Positions 50,294 to 60,077 of a DNA stretch of 64,000 nucleotides are shown in pieces. A model generated the notes under the pieces. That model saw only the letters and a program-made list of their open reading frames with translations, did not search any database and was not told the origin of the DNA. Made by a program: the position numbers and the translations under genes. Source of the stretch: Acidobacteriota bacterium (lineage in GTDB: Bacteria > Acidobacteriota > Thermoanaerobaculia > Thermoanaerobaculales > Sulfomarinibacteraceae); assembly GCA_013152925.1 (NCBI GenBank), contig JAADFK010000037.1, positions 12,076-76,075 on the forward strand, in the 5' to 3' direction. The first letter of the stretch is position 1. Each line of letters opens with the position of its first letter.

Positions 50294-52483
50294 TCATCGG
50301 CTGGTTTTCTTGACTCCGTCCTCGATGAGGCCTCTGCCGGGACGCCGTTGCGCGATGCTCAGGAGCACCGCTGCCGCCGTGTCCAGGGCGGCCACGGTCA
50401 GGGCCGTGGCGGGCAAGCCGGCCCAGGGGATGGCCAGGAGGCCGGCGACCAGGGCGGCCAGGGCGGCGCCGGCCTCGTCGGCGGCGAAGCCACCACCACC
50501 GCCGCGGCGCGGGTCGCTCCCCCCGATGAGGTGGGAGAGACCGGGGAACGCCGCTCCGGTGATGGCGCCCCCGGCGACGAGCAGGAGGGGAATCGCCAGG
50601 CGGGGGAGAGAGGATGGAAGGGGCGAGCTGATGAGGAGCGAAAGCAGCGCGCCGGCTCCGAGGAGCAGGGGGAGGCGGCGCTCGGCATGGGCCCACCTCC
50701 GTGATCCCATGGCCGCGACGGCCAGGCCGCCCATGAAGGCGGCGGAGAGGGCGCCGACCTCGGCGTAGACGGAGCCCATGATCCCCTGCCAGATGGTGGC
50801 GAGGAGCAGCCACCAGGTCATGGAGCTGGCCCCGACCACGGCCGCGGTCTCCACGCGCGGAACGCGGCCGGCCGCGGTACGGATCAGCATGGAGAGCAGG
50901 AGGAGCGCCGGGAGGATCAGGAGAGGCGCCGCCGTCCGGCCGATGAGCACCATGACCGCCCGCACGACCGCGGGGCGCCCTCGGCCCTCCCGCAGCGCGA
51001 CGGCCGGCAGGACGGCACGCGGGCGAGCGGTGGTGTTGGGGAGCCCGGTGGCGTGTTCGAGAAACCGTTGCAGGTCGCGCCGCCGGCCGGGGTCGAGCAG
51101 CACCGGGAGAAGCCGGGGGTCGAAGGCCGGATCGGTGAGCCCCAGGGCGGCCCAGCGCCGCGCCAGAAGTGCTGCGGTGATGGGTGGCGAGCCGTCCCGT
51201 CCCGACACCAGGAGCACCCGGTCGCCGGGGAGACCCGTCACGTTGCCGAAAGCACCCTCGAGCGTGGCCGCTTCGATTCCCACCAGGCGCCCGGCCACTC
51301 CGGCAAGATAGGTGTCCGGGGCGCCGATCTGAACCACGAGGAGGCCTCCGGAGGCCAGGCGGACGCGGCAGGTGCGGAAAAACTCCAGGGTGCGGGTGCG
51401 GTTCTGACGGAGGCTCGTCGGATCGCCATCGAGCAGCAGGATGAGATCCCAGGGACCTCCGCGGCGGACGGCGCGGATGGGGTCCTCGGCGTGAAGGTGG
51501 AGCCTCGGATCCTCCATGGCCCGCCGGAGATCGGCACCGTACCAGCTCAGGAGGAGCGCCGGAAGCTCGGGATCGTCCTCCACCAGGTCCAGCCGGTCGA
51601 GCGGATGGCCGAGGACGGTGACGACCGTTCCGTCGGCCAGGCCGCCGATCATCAGAACACGACGCGGGTTCCGGTGGAGGAGCATCAGCAGGTGGCCCCT
51701 GGGCGCGGTGACCCAGGGGTTGGGAAAGGAGGCCAGGAGGCGGCCGTTGGAGTACAGGGCCCTGGGTTCACCGGCGCCCAGCTCGAGGCGTTGCTGGCGG
51801 GTCTCGGCCCAGGCTGCCAGGGTTCCGGGACGTGAGGCCCACCGCCAGGTCCAGTGGGCAAGACGGGAATCCGCCGGGCCGATGGAGACGGCGGTTGCCG
51901 CGACGATCAGAAGCACGAGCCACCATTGCCGCCTGTGAAGCGAGCCGGCCACGATCGCTCCAAGGCCCACGGTCAGGGTGGCGACTGTGCCGTGGGGGAC
52001 TAGGAGGAAGGTGAAAACGAGGCCGCCGAGGAAACCTCCGCCCGCCTCCAGAGCGTAGGCCGTGGCGCCGCCCTCCGGACCGCTGGTGCGGGCAGCCAGA
52101 AGCGTGAACCCCAGTCCGCCGGCGGCACTCGTGGGAAGGACCGAGGCAAGCCACAGCCAGGCGGCCTCCAGCGTGCCGATCGCCTCGCCGCCGGCACCGC
52201 CGGCCAGGGCCGGGGCGGCCCGCAGGAGGACGACGCCACCGGCGGCGAGAGCGAGACAGAGGACGGGGATGGCGGTACCCAGGCGGGGAGATCCCAGACG
52301 GATCCCCAGCGCGGACCCGGCGGCCATACCGGCCAGCCAGGTGAAGAGCACAACGCCCCAGGCCAGCTCGGAGCCGCCGAGAGACGCCATGGCCTCCCGG
52401 ATCAGCACGCTCTGCGAAAGGACCGTGGCGAACCCCAGGATCACCAGCGAGCGGCCGGGCGAGGCGATTGGCTCCGACGTCAT
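50294..52483 (-). CDS. polytopic membrane protein with central spermidine-synthase-like methyltransferase-fold domain
   Basis: ORF trimmed to ATG 52483 (52507 possible). About 7 TM helices, then RRVLMIGGLADGT...LVEDDPEL...WDLILLLDGDP...GGLLVVQ, then further TM helices. Confidence 0.78.
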   Translation of the reverse strand: MTSEPIASPGRSLVILGFATVLSQSVLIREAMASLGGSELAWGVVLFTWLAGMAAGSALGIRLGSPRLGTAIPVLCLALAAGGVVLLRAAPALAGGAGGEAIGTLEAAWLWLASVLPTSAAGGLGFTLLAARTSGPEGGATAYALEAGGGFLGGLVFTFLLVPHGTVATLTVGLGAIVAGSLHRRQWWLVLLIVAATAVSIGPADSRLAHWTWRWASRPGTLAAWAETRQQRLELGAGEPRALYSNGRLLASFPNPWVTAPRGHLLMLLHRNPRRVLMIGGLADGTVVTVLGHPLDRLDLVEDDPELPALLLSWYGADLRRAMEDPRLHLHAEDPIRAVRRGGPWDLILLLDGDPTSLRQNRTRTLEFFRTCRVRLASGGLLVVQIGAPDTYLAGVAGRLVGIEAATLEGAFGNVTGLPGDRVLLVSGRDGSPPITAALLARRWAALGLTDPAFDPRLLPVLLDPGRRRDLQRFLEHATGLPNTTARPRAVLPAVALREGRGRPAVVRAVMVLIGRTAAPLLILPALLLLSMLIRTAAGRVPRVETAAVVGASSMTWWLLLATIWQGIMGSVYAEVGALSAAFMGGLAVAAMGSRRWAHAERRLPLLLGAGALLSLLISSPLPSSLPRLAIPLLLVAGGAITGAAFPGLSHLIGGSDPRRGGGGGFAADEAGAALAALVAGLLAIPWAGLPATALTVAALDTAAAVLLSIAQRRPGRGLIEDGVKKTSR

Positions 52484-52599
52484 GACGGTTCCATTATGAC
52501 GCCTCATCACATGGCTCGTGGTTTCATCCGGAGAGGTGCTTGCAGTTCGGGGGCGCTCCACTATCCTTGTTTGCGGAAAAGCTCTGGCTCGGAGCGGAG

Positions 52600-53946
52600 G
52601 TGGACGTGACGGATCGACCCGATGACGAGGTGAGAGAACGGAGGATCCAACCGCGAACGGAGGTGCCGGCCCGGGTCGAGCTCCGTTTCAGCAGCTTTTC
52701 CAAGTTCGTGTCCCAGTACGTGGCCAATGTCTCGACCGGGGGCATGTTCATCGTGACCCAGGAAACCCTGCCCGCCGGAACGCCCGTGGAGTTCCGCCTG
52801 GCCCTCGCTGACGGGTTTCCGCTGATCGAAGGCACGGCGCAGATTGTGTGGGTCCGGGATTCCAGGCAGGCTCTCGAGGGGCCTCCAGGGATGGCGGTGC
52901 GGTTCCTCAAGCTCGACGAATCCGGCCGCGAGCTCATCAGCCGGATGGTGGAGCAACGTCGGCAATCGGGAGAGGGTGTGTTCGAGGTTGGGGAAGCAAC
53001 GGCGTCTCCCGTCGGGGCAGGAGGGGATCCCTTCGATGTGGCGAGCCACGCTCCGGAGACCCCGGCGCCGGTGGCCTTCGATGTCTTTCCCGCGCCGGCG
53101 GCCGAGGAGGGGGAATTCCCGGGGGTTTCCGGTGCGTTCCACGTCACAGGGGTCAGGGATGAAGCGGCGGAAGGCCGGGCCGGGGCGGGGCGCCGCACCT
53201 CGGCCCTGATCGCCGTTATCGCCATCGTCGTGGTGAGCGCCGCGGCGCTCGTGTACCTGGGGCCCTGGGGGCGGAAGAAGCCGGTCGATGCGCCTCGGGA
53301 CAACACCAGGTCAGGCGCGACGGCCCGGCCCACCCAGGTCGCGATTCCATCAACGGCCGGGGGACGCGCCGACGCCACGACCGGTGAGAATGGTACCGCT
53401 GAAGAGGCGGCGCCGGCTGCTGGTGCCCCCGGAGCGGCCCGGCCGGCGGATGCGGCGGGGGCTCCCGGGAAGCCAGTGGCAGACTCGAGGGGCGGAACGA
53501 AGGTGGGGACGGCGAGTCCTGGCAAAGAAAAACGCGCCCGGATGCCGGAAGGCTCCGGTGGGGCACAGGAGGCCATTCCGGCGGCCGTCCGGGGTGGGAC
53601 GGCCGTTGCCGGGCGGCTGAGCCGGATCGACATCCGCCGCGAGGGCGGAGGAACCCGGGTCGATCTTCTGCTGGACGGCGTCCTGGCACGGTCGAGAATC
53701 CGCTCCTTTGCCATGGACAACCCGCCCCGGTACGTGGTGCAGGTGCGGGGCCTCACGGCCGACAATCCCTACGCCGTGGTCGGCTCCGGCACCCCCGAGC
53801 TCCAGCGGGTCCGGCTTGGATACCACGGGGAGGCCCGCCACCCGTACCTGCAGATCGTGCTGGACCTGAGCGGCGGCGATGTCCAGGTCCGGAGGGAAGC
53901 CGCCGGGAGCTCGTTGATCCTCCACCTGGCGCGGCCCCGCCGCTGA
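52600..53946 (+). CDS. PilZ (TIGR02266-like) - TM - AMIN domain protein
   Basis: N-terminus RIQPRTEVPARVELRF...VANVSTGGMFIV...AVRFLKLD. A TM segment SALIAVIAIVVVSAAALVYLGPW. A P/A/G-rich linker. C-terminal LSRIDIRREGGGTRVDLLLDG...YVVQVRG...LQIVLDL (AMIN-like). The start is GTG 52600 after GGAG, or TTG 52540. Confidence 0.75.
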   Translation: MDVTDRPDDEVRERRIQPRTEVPARVELRFSSFSKFVSQYVANVSTGGMFIVTQETLPAGTPVEFRLALADGFPLIEGTAQIVWVRDSRQALEGPPGMAVRFLKLDESGRELISRMVEQRRQSGEGVFEVGEATASPVGAGGDPFDVASHAPETPAPVAFDVFPAPAAEEGEFPGVSGAFHVTGVRDEAAEGRAGAGRRTSALIAVIAIVVVSAAALVYLGPWGRKKPVDAPRDNTRSGATARPTQVAIPSTAGGRADATTGENGTAEEAAPAAGAPGAARPADAAGAPGKPVADSRGGTKVGTASPGKEKRARMPEGSGGAQEAIPAAVRGGTAVAGRLSRIDIRREGGGTRVDLLLDGVLARSRIRSFAMDNPPRYVVQVRGLTADNPYAVVGSGTPELQRVRLGYHGEARHPYLQIVLDLSGGDVQVRREAAGSSLILHLARPRR

Positions 53947-54025
53947 GCCTGCCGGCGGCAGGCGCCTGCCCGGCAGATCCCGGCGCCGGTGCGTTTCGTT
54001 CTGGGGCCAGAATGAGGAGCGCCCT

Positions 54026-56296
54026 TCAGTTGGAGTGGGAGTCGGAAACGACCCTGTTGCGGCCCTGGCGTTTGGCGCGGAGGAGGTTGGCATCGGCCGC
54101 GGAGATCAGAGACTCGGCCGTCGGGGGCTCGGGCTCCCCCGGCTCCGGCTGGATGGAGGTCAGGCCGAAGGAGATCGTGACAGCGATTTGCTGGCCGCCC
54201 TCCAGGGGGAATCCCTTGGATGCCACGGCCCGCCGGAGCTTCTCGGCCACATCTATCCCGTCAGGCTCGAACGTCTCGGGCAGCACGACGAGGAACTCTT
54301 CTCCGCCGTAACGGCCCACCGAATCGCTGTTCCGGAGGTGGGTCTTGAGCACGTTGGCGATGTGGCGAAGGACGGCGTCCCCTGCCAGGTGGCCCAGCTC
54401 GTCGTTGACGCGCTTGAAGTGGTCGATATCGGCCATGGCGACCGTCAGGGGACGTCCGTAACGAACCGAGCGGTTGATTTCCCCTTCGAGGATCTCCAGG
54501 ATGGCCTCCCGCCGGTACAGGCCCGTCAGGCCCTCGAAGGTGGCCGACTGGAAGAGGCGGACGTTTTCCAGGACCGCGGCGACGTTGAGCGAGAACAGGC
54601 GGAGAAGCTCGAGCTCCTCGCGACGCCACGGCTCGCCGTCGGCCTTGGCCCCGAGGAGGAGCACGCCGACGACCCGGTCGCCGCTGAGCAATGGAGATGC
54701 AAGGTTGGCCTGGAAGGTCGCCAGCCGCTGCGCCATGGAGCCGCTGATGGCTGCCAGCTGCGAGGCCTGGAGCGGCCGGCCGGCCTCCGCCAGGAACCTC
54801 ACCGCCGGGTCGTCGGGCCCCATGATCACCGAGTGTTCCACCGGGATGCCGCCTTCACGGAGGTTGGAAGCCTGGGCAACCAGGATATCAGTGCTGGGGT
54901 CGGCCACGAGCAGGGCGGCCGACGACAGCCCGAAGGTGCGCGTCAGCTCGTCCACGAGGTGCCGACCCATGGCGTCGAGACTTCCCTTGGCGGGCAGATT
55001 GGCGGCGAGAGAAGCCAGGCGAGTCCGCAGCGCGTGGCGTTCGGGGAACACCCGCCGGTCAATGATCTCCTGGATCGCCTGCCGCAGGGGCCAGAAGAGC
55101 AGGCCGATGACGAGGGTCGCCCCCGAGATCAGCCAGACGGACAGGGAGCGCTTCCCGAGGGCGTCGGCGAGCACCATCCCGCCGAGGCCCATGGCGGCAT
55201 AGAAAAGCGCCATGAGAATAATGGTGATGGTGGAGTAAAGGATGCTCCGGCGGACCACCAGCTCGATGTCGAACAGCCGGTGGCGTTGAATCGCCAGGAA
55301 GACTGCAATGGGGTACGGCAGAAGGACGAAGAGCTGTACGACGGTCAGCCAGTCGGGGAGAGCGTAGCCCAGGGCGGGCACGATTTCGGTGGACAGGGTG
55401 AAGATCGCCCAGGGGAGCAGGCCGATGAGGACCAGAAGCGCCTGGGCACGTTCGGAACGGCTGGAAGACCGGATGACCTGGAAGGTCAGGATGGCGATGA
55501 CGGCCACCGCCCAGATCGACATCAACACATCGAAGAGGGGGCCGGAAAGGTACCCGGAAGGCCAGGGCAGGACGTTGTGTCCCAGCGCTTCCGTGATCAG
55601 TGAAGTGCAGATCACGGTCGCCGCCGTCAGGCCGATGCCGTAGAAGGTGTAGGGAATCCACGGCCGCTTCTTCAGGACCGGTGGCTCCGATGGAATGACG
55701 GACGCGAGGTGAAGCAGCAAGCCCATCTGGATTCCCGTCAGCGCATAGAAGAAGACGGTGCCGCTGAGGGAAAACACGAACGACATCAACGCGCCGTTTG
55801 GTATGGACAGCTCGAGCGCCACGGCCCCGGAGAAGGCGGCCAGCAGGCGGGCACGAACATCCGTTCGCCCGTAGGGATACGCCAGCAGGGCGATGGCCAG
55901 GTAGGCGAGGGTCACGACCAGGTTCATCAGCGCCTGGAGCCAGGGGAAGGGTGTGCCCGGCCGGAGGGGCAGAATCAGCCGCCTCCCCTGGCGCTCGATG
56001 GTGAATGGGACGGGCCGCCCCCGGCGAAACCCGCTGGCCAGCTCGTCGTAGTCGACGCCCGAGTGGACGGGGACACCGTCGACGGCAAGGATGATGTCAC
56101 CGTGCCGGAGGCCTGCACGTTCCGCCGGCATGCCCGGTGAGACGAGATCGACGGCGATCCGGTCTTCCCGGACGGCCACGGTAATGCCGATTCGCCTGGA
56201 GGAAGCGTAGGCCTCTTGCCACATTTGAAGGGACAGGAAGGCGAGAACTGTGGCGGTCAGCGCGACGAGGATGATCCTGTTGGGTTTCTTCTGCAT
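54026..56296 (-). CDS. PDZ - polytopic membrane - GAF - GGDEF diguanylate cyclase
   Basis: ORF trimmed to ATG 56296 after GGGGAGG. PDZ region SPGMPAERAGLRHGDIILAVDG, about 8 TM helices, a GAF-like region, then RNSDSVGRYGGEEF (I-site + GGEEF). Confidence 0.9.
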   Translation of the reverse strand: MQKKPNRIILVALTATVLAFLSLQMWQEAYASSRRIGITVAVREDRIAVDLVSPGMPAERAGLRHGDIILAVDGVPVHSGVDYDELASGFRRGRPVPFTIERQGRRLILPLRPGTPFPWLQALMNLVVTLAYLAIALLAYPYGRTDVRARLLAAFSGAVALELSIPNGALMSFVFSLSGTVFFYALTGIQMGLLLHLASVIPSEPPVLKKRPWIPYTFYGIGLTAATVICTSLITEALGHNVLPWPSGYLSGPLFDVLMSIWAVAVIAILTFQVIRSSSRSERAQALLVLIGLLPWAIFTLSTEIVPALGYALPDWLTVVQLFVLLPYPIAVFLAIQRHRLFDIELVVRRSILYSTITIILMALFYAAMGLGGMVLADALGKRSLSVWLISGATLVIGLLFWPLRQAIQEIIDRRVFPERHALRTRLASLAANLPAKGSLDAMGRHLVDELTRTFGLSSAALLVADPSTDILVAQASNLREGGIPVEHSVIMGPDDPAVRFLAEAGRPLQASQLAAISGSMAQRLATFQANLASPLLSGDRVVGVLLLGAKADGEPWRREELELLRLFSLNVAAVLENVRLFQSATFEGLTGLYRREAILEILEGEINRSVRYGRPLTVAMADIDHFKRVNDELGHLAGDAVLRHIANVLKTHLRNSDSVGRYGGEEFLVVLPETFEPDGIDVAEKLRRAVASKGFPLEGGQQIAVTISFGLTSIQPEPGEPEPPTAESLISAADANLLRAKRQGRNRVVSDSHSN

Positions 56297-56547
56297 GACC
56301 TCCCCATGACCGTACATTGAAAGAATAGCATGGGCAACAGGCGCCCCCAAGGTTGTGGGGCGGCTCCAAGGCCTGCAATCAGAGATGTTGAGCGCGGCCC
56401 GGAGGGTGCACGCCGGGCGGCCTCTCACCGTGAGGCGCAATCTTCGCCATCGGCCAGGCTCCATCACGGTTTCCCCCGGGATCGGCTTCGTTTGCAACGG
56501 TCGAGCCATGATGCCTGCTTTGCCGGATCGACGGCCGCGGAGCCGGT

Positions 56548-58605
56548 ATGATCGTTGGGATGCTAAACCGTCTCGTCACGGGCGCCCGGCTCGCGCTCTT
56601 CGTTGTTCTCGCGTTGGCGCTGTCGTGCCGCGGGCCTCGCTTCGACAGGGGAGACCTGGACGCCATGCAGCGGGCGGGCGAGCTGCGCGTCGCCGTCCGG
56701 CCGGGCTTCGCACGATCTCCCGTGCATTCCGTCGACGGCATCGACCAGCCGGAGCTGCTTCGTCAGCTGGCCGCGCGGCTCGGTCTGAAGCTCCGCTGGC
56801 TGCCGGCTTCGCGGAACGGGCAGGTCCTCCAGTGGCTCCGGGAGGGGAGGGCCGACATCGGGGTCTTCCGGTTCTCCCCGGCGGGCCTGGCCCGGGCCGG
56901 TTTCGTGCCATCGGCCGCCGTCGGGTGGGTCGACGACCTGGTGATCACCCGTTCAGGATCACCCGTCCGGGAGCTGTCCGGACTCCGCGGGGCCGCTCTC
57001 GACCTCCAGCGCTCCGTGGCGGAGTGGGTGGTGCCGTCGGAGGAGGCCCTCCGGGCGATCGGCGCGCGGATTCTCCCGATCCCCGAGAACATCAGCCTGG
57101 AGGAGATCGTTCGCAGGGTCCGTGGAGGGCGCTACTCGGCCACCATCGTCGATTCAGCCCTGCTGACCTCCCTCGGAGAATCCGGGATCAGGATCTTGGG
57201 AAGCGTCAGCGACAGCCGTTCGCTGGTGTGGGCCCTCCGGCCGGGGAACCCTCGTCTTCGGGAATCGGTCGATGGCTTTCTCTTCGCCGAGGAGGTGCTC
57301 GGCATGCAGTCCGGCGAACCTGCCTGCCGGGATCTCGCGGAGATCCGCGGGTCGCGAGCCCTCAGGGTGATCACGCGCAACGCCCCCACCACGACAACGG
57401 TGTTCCGAGGAGGATTGCGAGGCTTCGAGTACGAGCTGGCCACGGCCTTCGCCAGGAGCCTGGGCGTCCGGCTCCAGCTGGTGATCCCCCCGCCGGGAAG
57501 TGATCCTCTGGACATGTTGGAACGGGGGCTTGGAGACCTGGCGGCTCTCCATGAACCCCTTCCCCTTGGCGGTGGTGGCCGGTACCTCGAAACCGAGGCG
57601 TACCGCCGGGTGGATCTCGTGTGCGTGGCGGGGCCGGACGTCGATCCACCTGCCGGTACGGAGGATCTCGCCGGCAGGACGGTGGTCGCACCCTCGGGCC
57701 TCTCGGGTTGGGTCGCCGAGCTTCCCGTGGCGCCGCCGGTGGTGGTTCGGCAGCTCCTCCCGGGCGCCGACGCGCTCAGCGGACTCGCCTTCCTGGAACG
57801 GGGAGGGGCGGAGCTCGGGGTCGCCGACTCCGACACGCTGCGGCTGGAGCTCGAGAACCGCCCGAGCCTGCGGCGTGGCCCGGTCGTGCTTCCCGGCTGT
57901 GCGCTCCGGTGGGCCGTCGGACCTGCCTCACCCCGGCTGGCCCGGAGGGCCTCCACCTTTCTTCGCGAGGCCCGCCGCTCGGGGCTGATCGCGAAGCTCG
58001 CTCTCGAGGAGCTGGCAATGACCCGGAGATGGCAGCCGCCGCGGGCCGTGGCGGTGCCACCCGGCCACCTGACGCCCTTCGACGGGCTCCTCCAGGAGGC
58101 GGGACGCCGGTACAAGGTGGACTGGAGGCTCCTGGCTTCCCTGATGTATGAGGAATCGCGTTTCGACCCCGAAGCTACCGGCCCCGGTGGATCGGCCGGG
58201 CTGTTTCAGTTCATGCCCTTCACGTGGAAGGAGCTCGGTCTGAGCGACCCCCACGACCCAGCCCAGGCCATTCCTGCCGGCGCGCTCTACCTGCGCCGGC
58301 TGATGGACGAGCTCCCGCGTGTTCCCATGGCGGACCGTGTGGCCATGGCCATCGCCGCCTACAACGTGGGGCCGCGCCACGTGGCGGATGCGCGGCGCCT
58401 GGCACGCGAGATGGGTCTCGACCCCGACCGGTGGGCCGGCAACGTGGAGACCGCCATGGTCCTCCTGGACAACCCGGAGGTGGCTCGCCGTTTCCCCGCG
58501 GGGGTATGCCGTTGCCGGAGAGCCGTGGGGTATACGCGGCGCATCCTGCGGCGGTACCGTGCCTACCGCGAGCTGATGACACCGCTCGGCGCGCCCGGCC
58601 TGTAG
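56548..58605 (+). CDS. MltF-like lytic transglycosylase (two PBP-type-3-like domains + SLT domain), lipoprotein
   Basis: Lipobox LALALSC. C-terminal LMYEESRFDPEATGPGGSAGLFQFMPFTW...AAYNVGPRHV is the SLT catalytic region. Confidence 0.85.
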   Translation: MIVGMLNRLVTGARLALFVVLALALSCRGPRFDRGDLDAMQRAGELRVAVRPGFARSPVHSVDGIDQPELLRQLAARLGLKLRWLPASRNGQVLQWLREGRADIGVFRFSPAGLARAGFVPSAAVGWVDDLVITRSGSPVRELSGLRGAALDLQRSVAEWVVPSEEALRAIGARILPIPENISLEEIVRRVRGGRYSATIVDSALLTSLGESGIRILGSVSDSRSLVWALRPGNPRLRESVDGFLFAEEVLGMQSGEPACRDLAEIRGSRALRVITRNAPTTTTVFRGGLRGFEYELATAFARSLGVRLQLVIPPPGSDPLDMLERGLGDLAALHEPLPLGGGGRYLETEAYRRVDLVCVAGPDVDPPAGTEDLAGRTVVAPSGLSGWVAELPVAPPVVVRQLLPGADALSGLAFLERGGAELGVADSDTLRLELENRPSLRRGPVVLPGCALRWAVGPASPRLARRASTFLREARRSGLIAKLALEELAMTRRWQPPRAVAVPPGHLTPFDGLLQEAGRRYKVDWRLLASLMYEESRFDPEATGPGGSAGLFQFMPFTWKELGLSDPHDPAQAIPAGALYLRRLMDELPRVPMADRVAMAIAAYNVGPRHVADARRLAREMGLDPDRWAGNVETAMVLLDNPEVARRFPAGVCRCRRAVGYTRRILRRYRAYRELMTPLGAPGL

Positions 58606-58831
58606 GACACGTCGAGCGTGTCCATCGAGAAAGCACCGCCAGATGAGGCCTGCCGGTCGTTGCAGCAGAAGGCCTGCGGACGTTTCGGGTCCAAAACACG
58701 CCGCAGGCCCCACCGTGAGGCTCACGAGACCCGCCCGGTCGATCTTGATCCTCCGAAGACGTGCCCGGCAGTGCCGTCCCCGCTTCTGCCGGGGCTTGCA
58801 TCGCCAAGAATGGAGCTCTCTCGAGCCCGGG

Positions 58832-59950
58832 CTATATCTGGTTCTTCTGGAACATGTCCCGCAGTGCCAGCAGCACCTTGGCGAAGCTGTGCTCCTTGAG
58901 CAGCTGCTGGAGCTCGTCCTTGGCCAGGCCGGCACTCATCTTGTCGTGAATCCTGGCCAGGATATCGTAGAAATCCGACAGGGGTTTCAGCCCGAGCTCG
59001 GAGAAGTTTTCCTCGTACCAGCGGTGCTCCCGCACCCGAAGCCAAATGACCGGGCTCGGAGGCGTGTCCGAGGTCCAGAGACCTTCGGCCAGGGTGGTCA
59101 CCTCCTTGTACAGGGCACGGAGCACCGTGACGCTGTCGCCCGTGTCGAGGGCGGCGGCCAGGGCGTTTCCACCGGAGGCGGCCGGTGCCTGTTCCGCTGC
59201 CACTTCAGGCTCGTCCAGCTCCTCCTCGGTAATGATGGCGGTCTGCGTTACGGCGCTCGAGGGACCCGAGATCTTCGCACCTCCGAAGGTCTTGCTGCGG
59301 CCGATGCGAGTCTTCATCTTGGGGCGCCTGGCCCGTTTCTCTTCCTCGTCGGTGTCCGTCGTCGTCACCTCTTCGGCGCCGTGCTCCGGCTCGCTCCTCG
59401 TATGGGCGCCCTCCGGTTCCTCCTCCGCCACGACTTCATTCGGAGCCTCGGCCGGCGGCGGGACGGCCTGGATTGGTGGCCGCGCCTTGGCCGGTTCCTG
59501 CCCGGCCTTCGCCGACGCGGTTTCCAGAGCCTTCCGGATGCGGACGTGGAAGGTCCCGAGGAAGGCCAGCTCGGCCTCGCTGATCGCCCTGGCCATAGCC
59601 AGCTTCTCCCGCATGATCTCGAGCTCCATCATGCGTGCGTGGAGCAGGGGCTGGCTCGGCGTCACGGCCTTGAGCTCCGGCATCAGGTCGGGATTCGTTT
59701 CGAGGATCTCCAGGATGTCCTCGAACGAGGCGAAGTCAACCAGCTGCTGGTATTCGTTCTCGTACCAGTCGATGGCCTTCTCGCGTTCCTTGCGCTCGAT
59801 CAACCGGTCGAGAACCGTCTGTGGCAGGCCGACCCGGTACCACTCGTTCCCGTGGAGCTTTTCCAGCTGGGTTCGCATGGACTTGCGAAGGTCTCGCAGG
59901 ATTTGTGCGAGGATGCGGTAGGCATCGAGGTTTTGTTCCAGATCGGGCAT
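58832..59950 (-). CDS. hypothetical protein (helical N- and C-terminal modules joined by acidic low-complexity linker)
   Basis: ORF trimmed to ATG 59950 after GGGAGG (MPDLEQNLDAYRILAQILRDLRKSMRTQLEKLHGNEWYRVGLPQ...). No confident family. Confidence 0.65.
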   Translation of the reverse strand: MPDLEQNLDAYRILAQILRDLRKSMRTQLEKLHGNEWYRVGLPQTVLDRLIERKEREKAIDWYENEYQQLVDFASFEDILEILETNPDLMPELKAVTPSQPLLHARMMELEIMREKLAMARAISEAELAFLGTFHVRIRKALETASAKAGQEPAKARPPIQAVPPPAEAPNEVVAEEEPEGAHTRSEPEHGAEEVTTTDTDEEEKRARRPKMKTRIGRSKTFGGAKISGPSSAVTQTAIITEEELDEPEVAAEQAPAASGGNALAAALDTGDSVTVLRALYKEVTTLAEGLWTSDTPPSPVIWLRVREHRWYEENFSELGLKPLSDFYDILARIHDKMSAGLAKDELQQLLKEHSFAKVLLALRDMFQKNQI

Positions 59951-60077
59951 CGTCCCAACCTCCCGTCCTGGCAGGGCACACAATTATGGTGCAGCGTCCA
60001 TGCACCGCATAGGTTAGCACGGAACCGCCGGCCGTGGTACCGGCCGGCGGTGAAAAGACAGCGTCGTGAGGGTGCCG

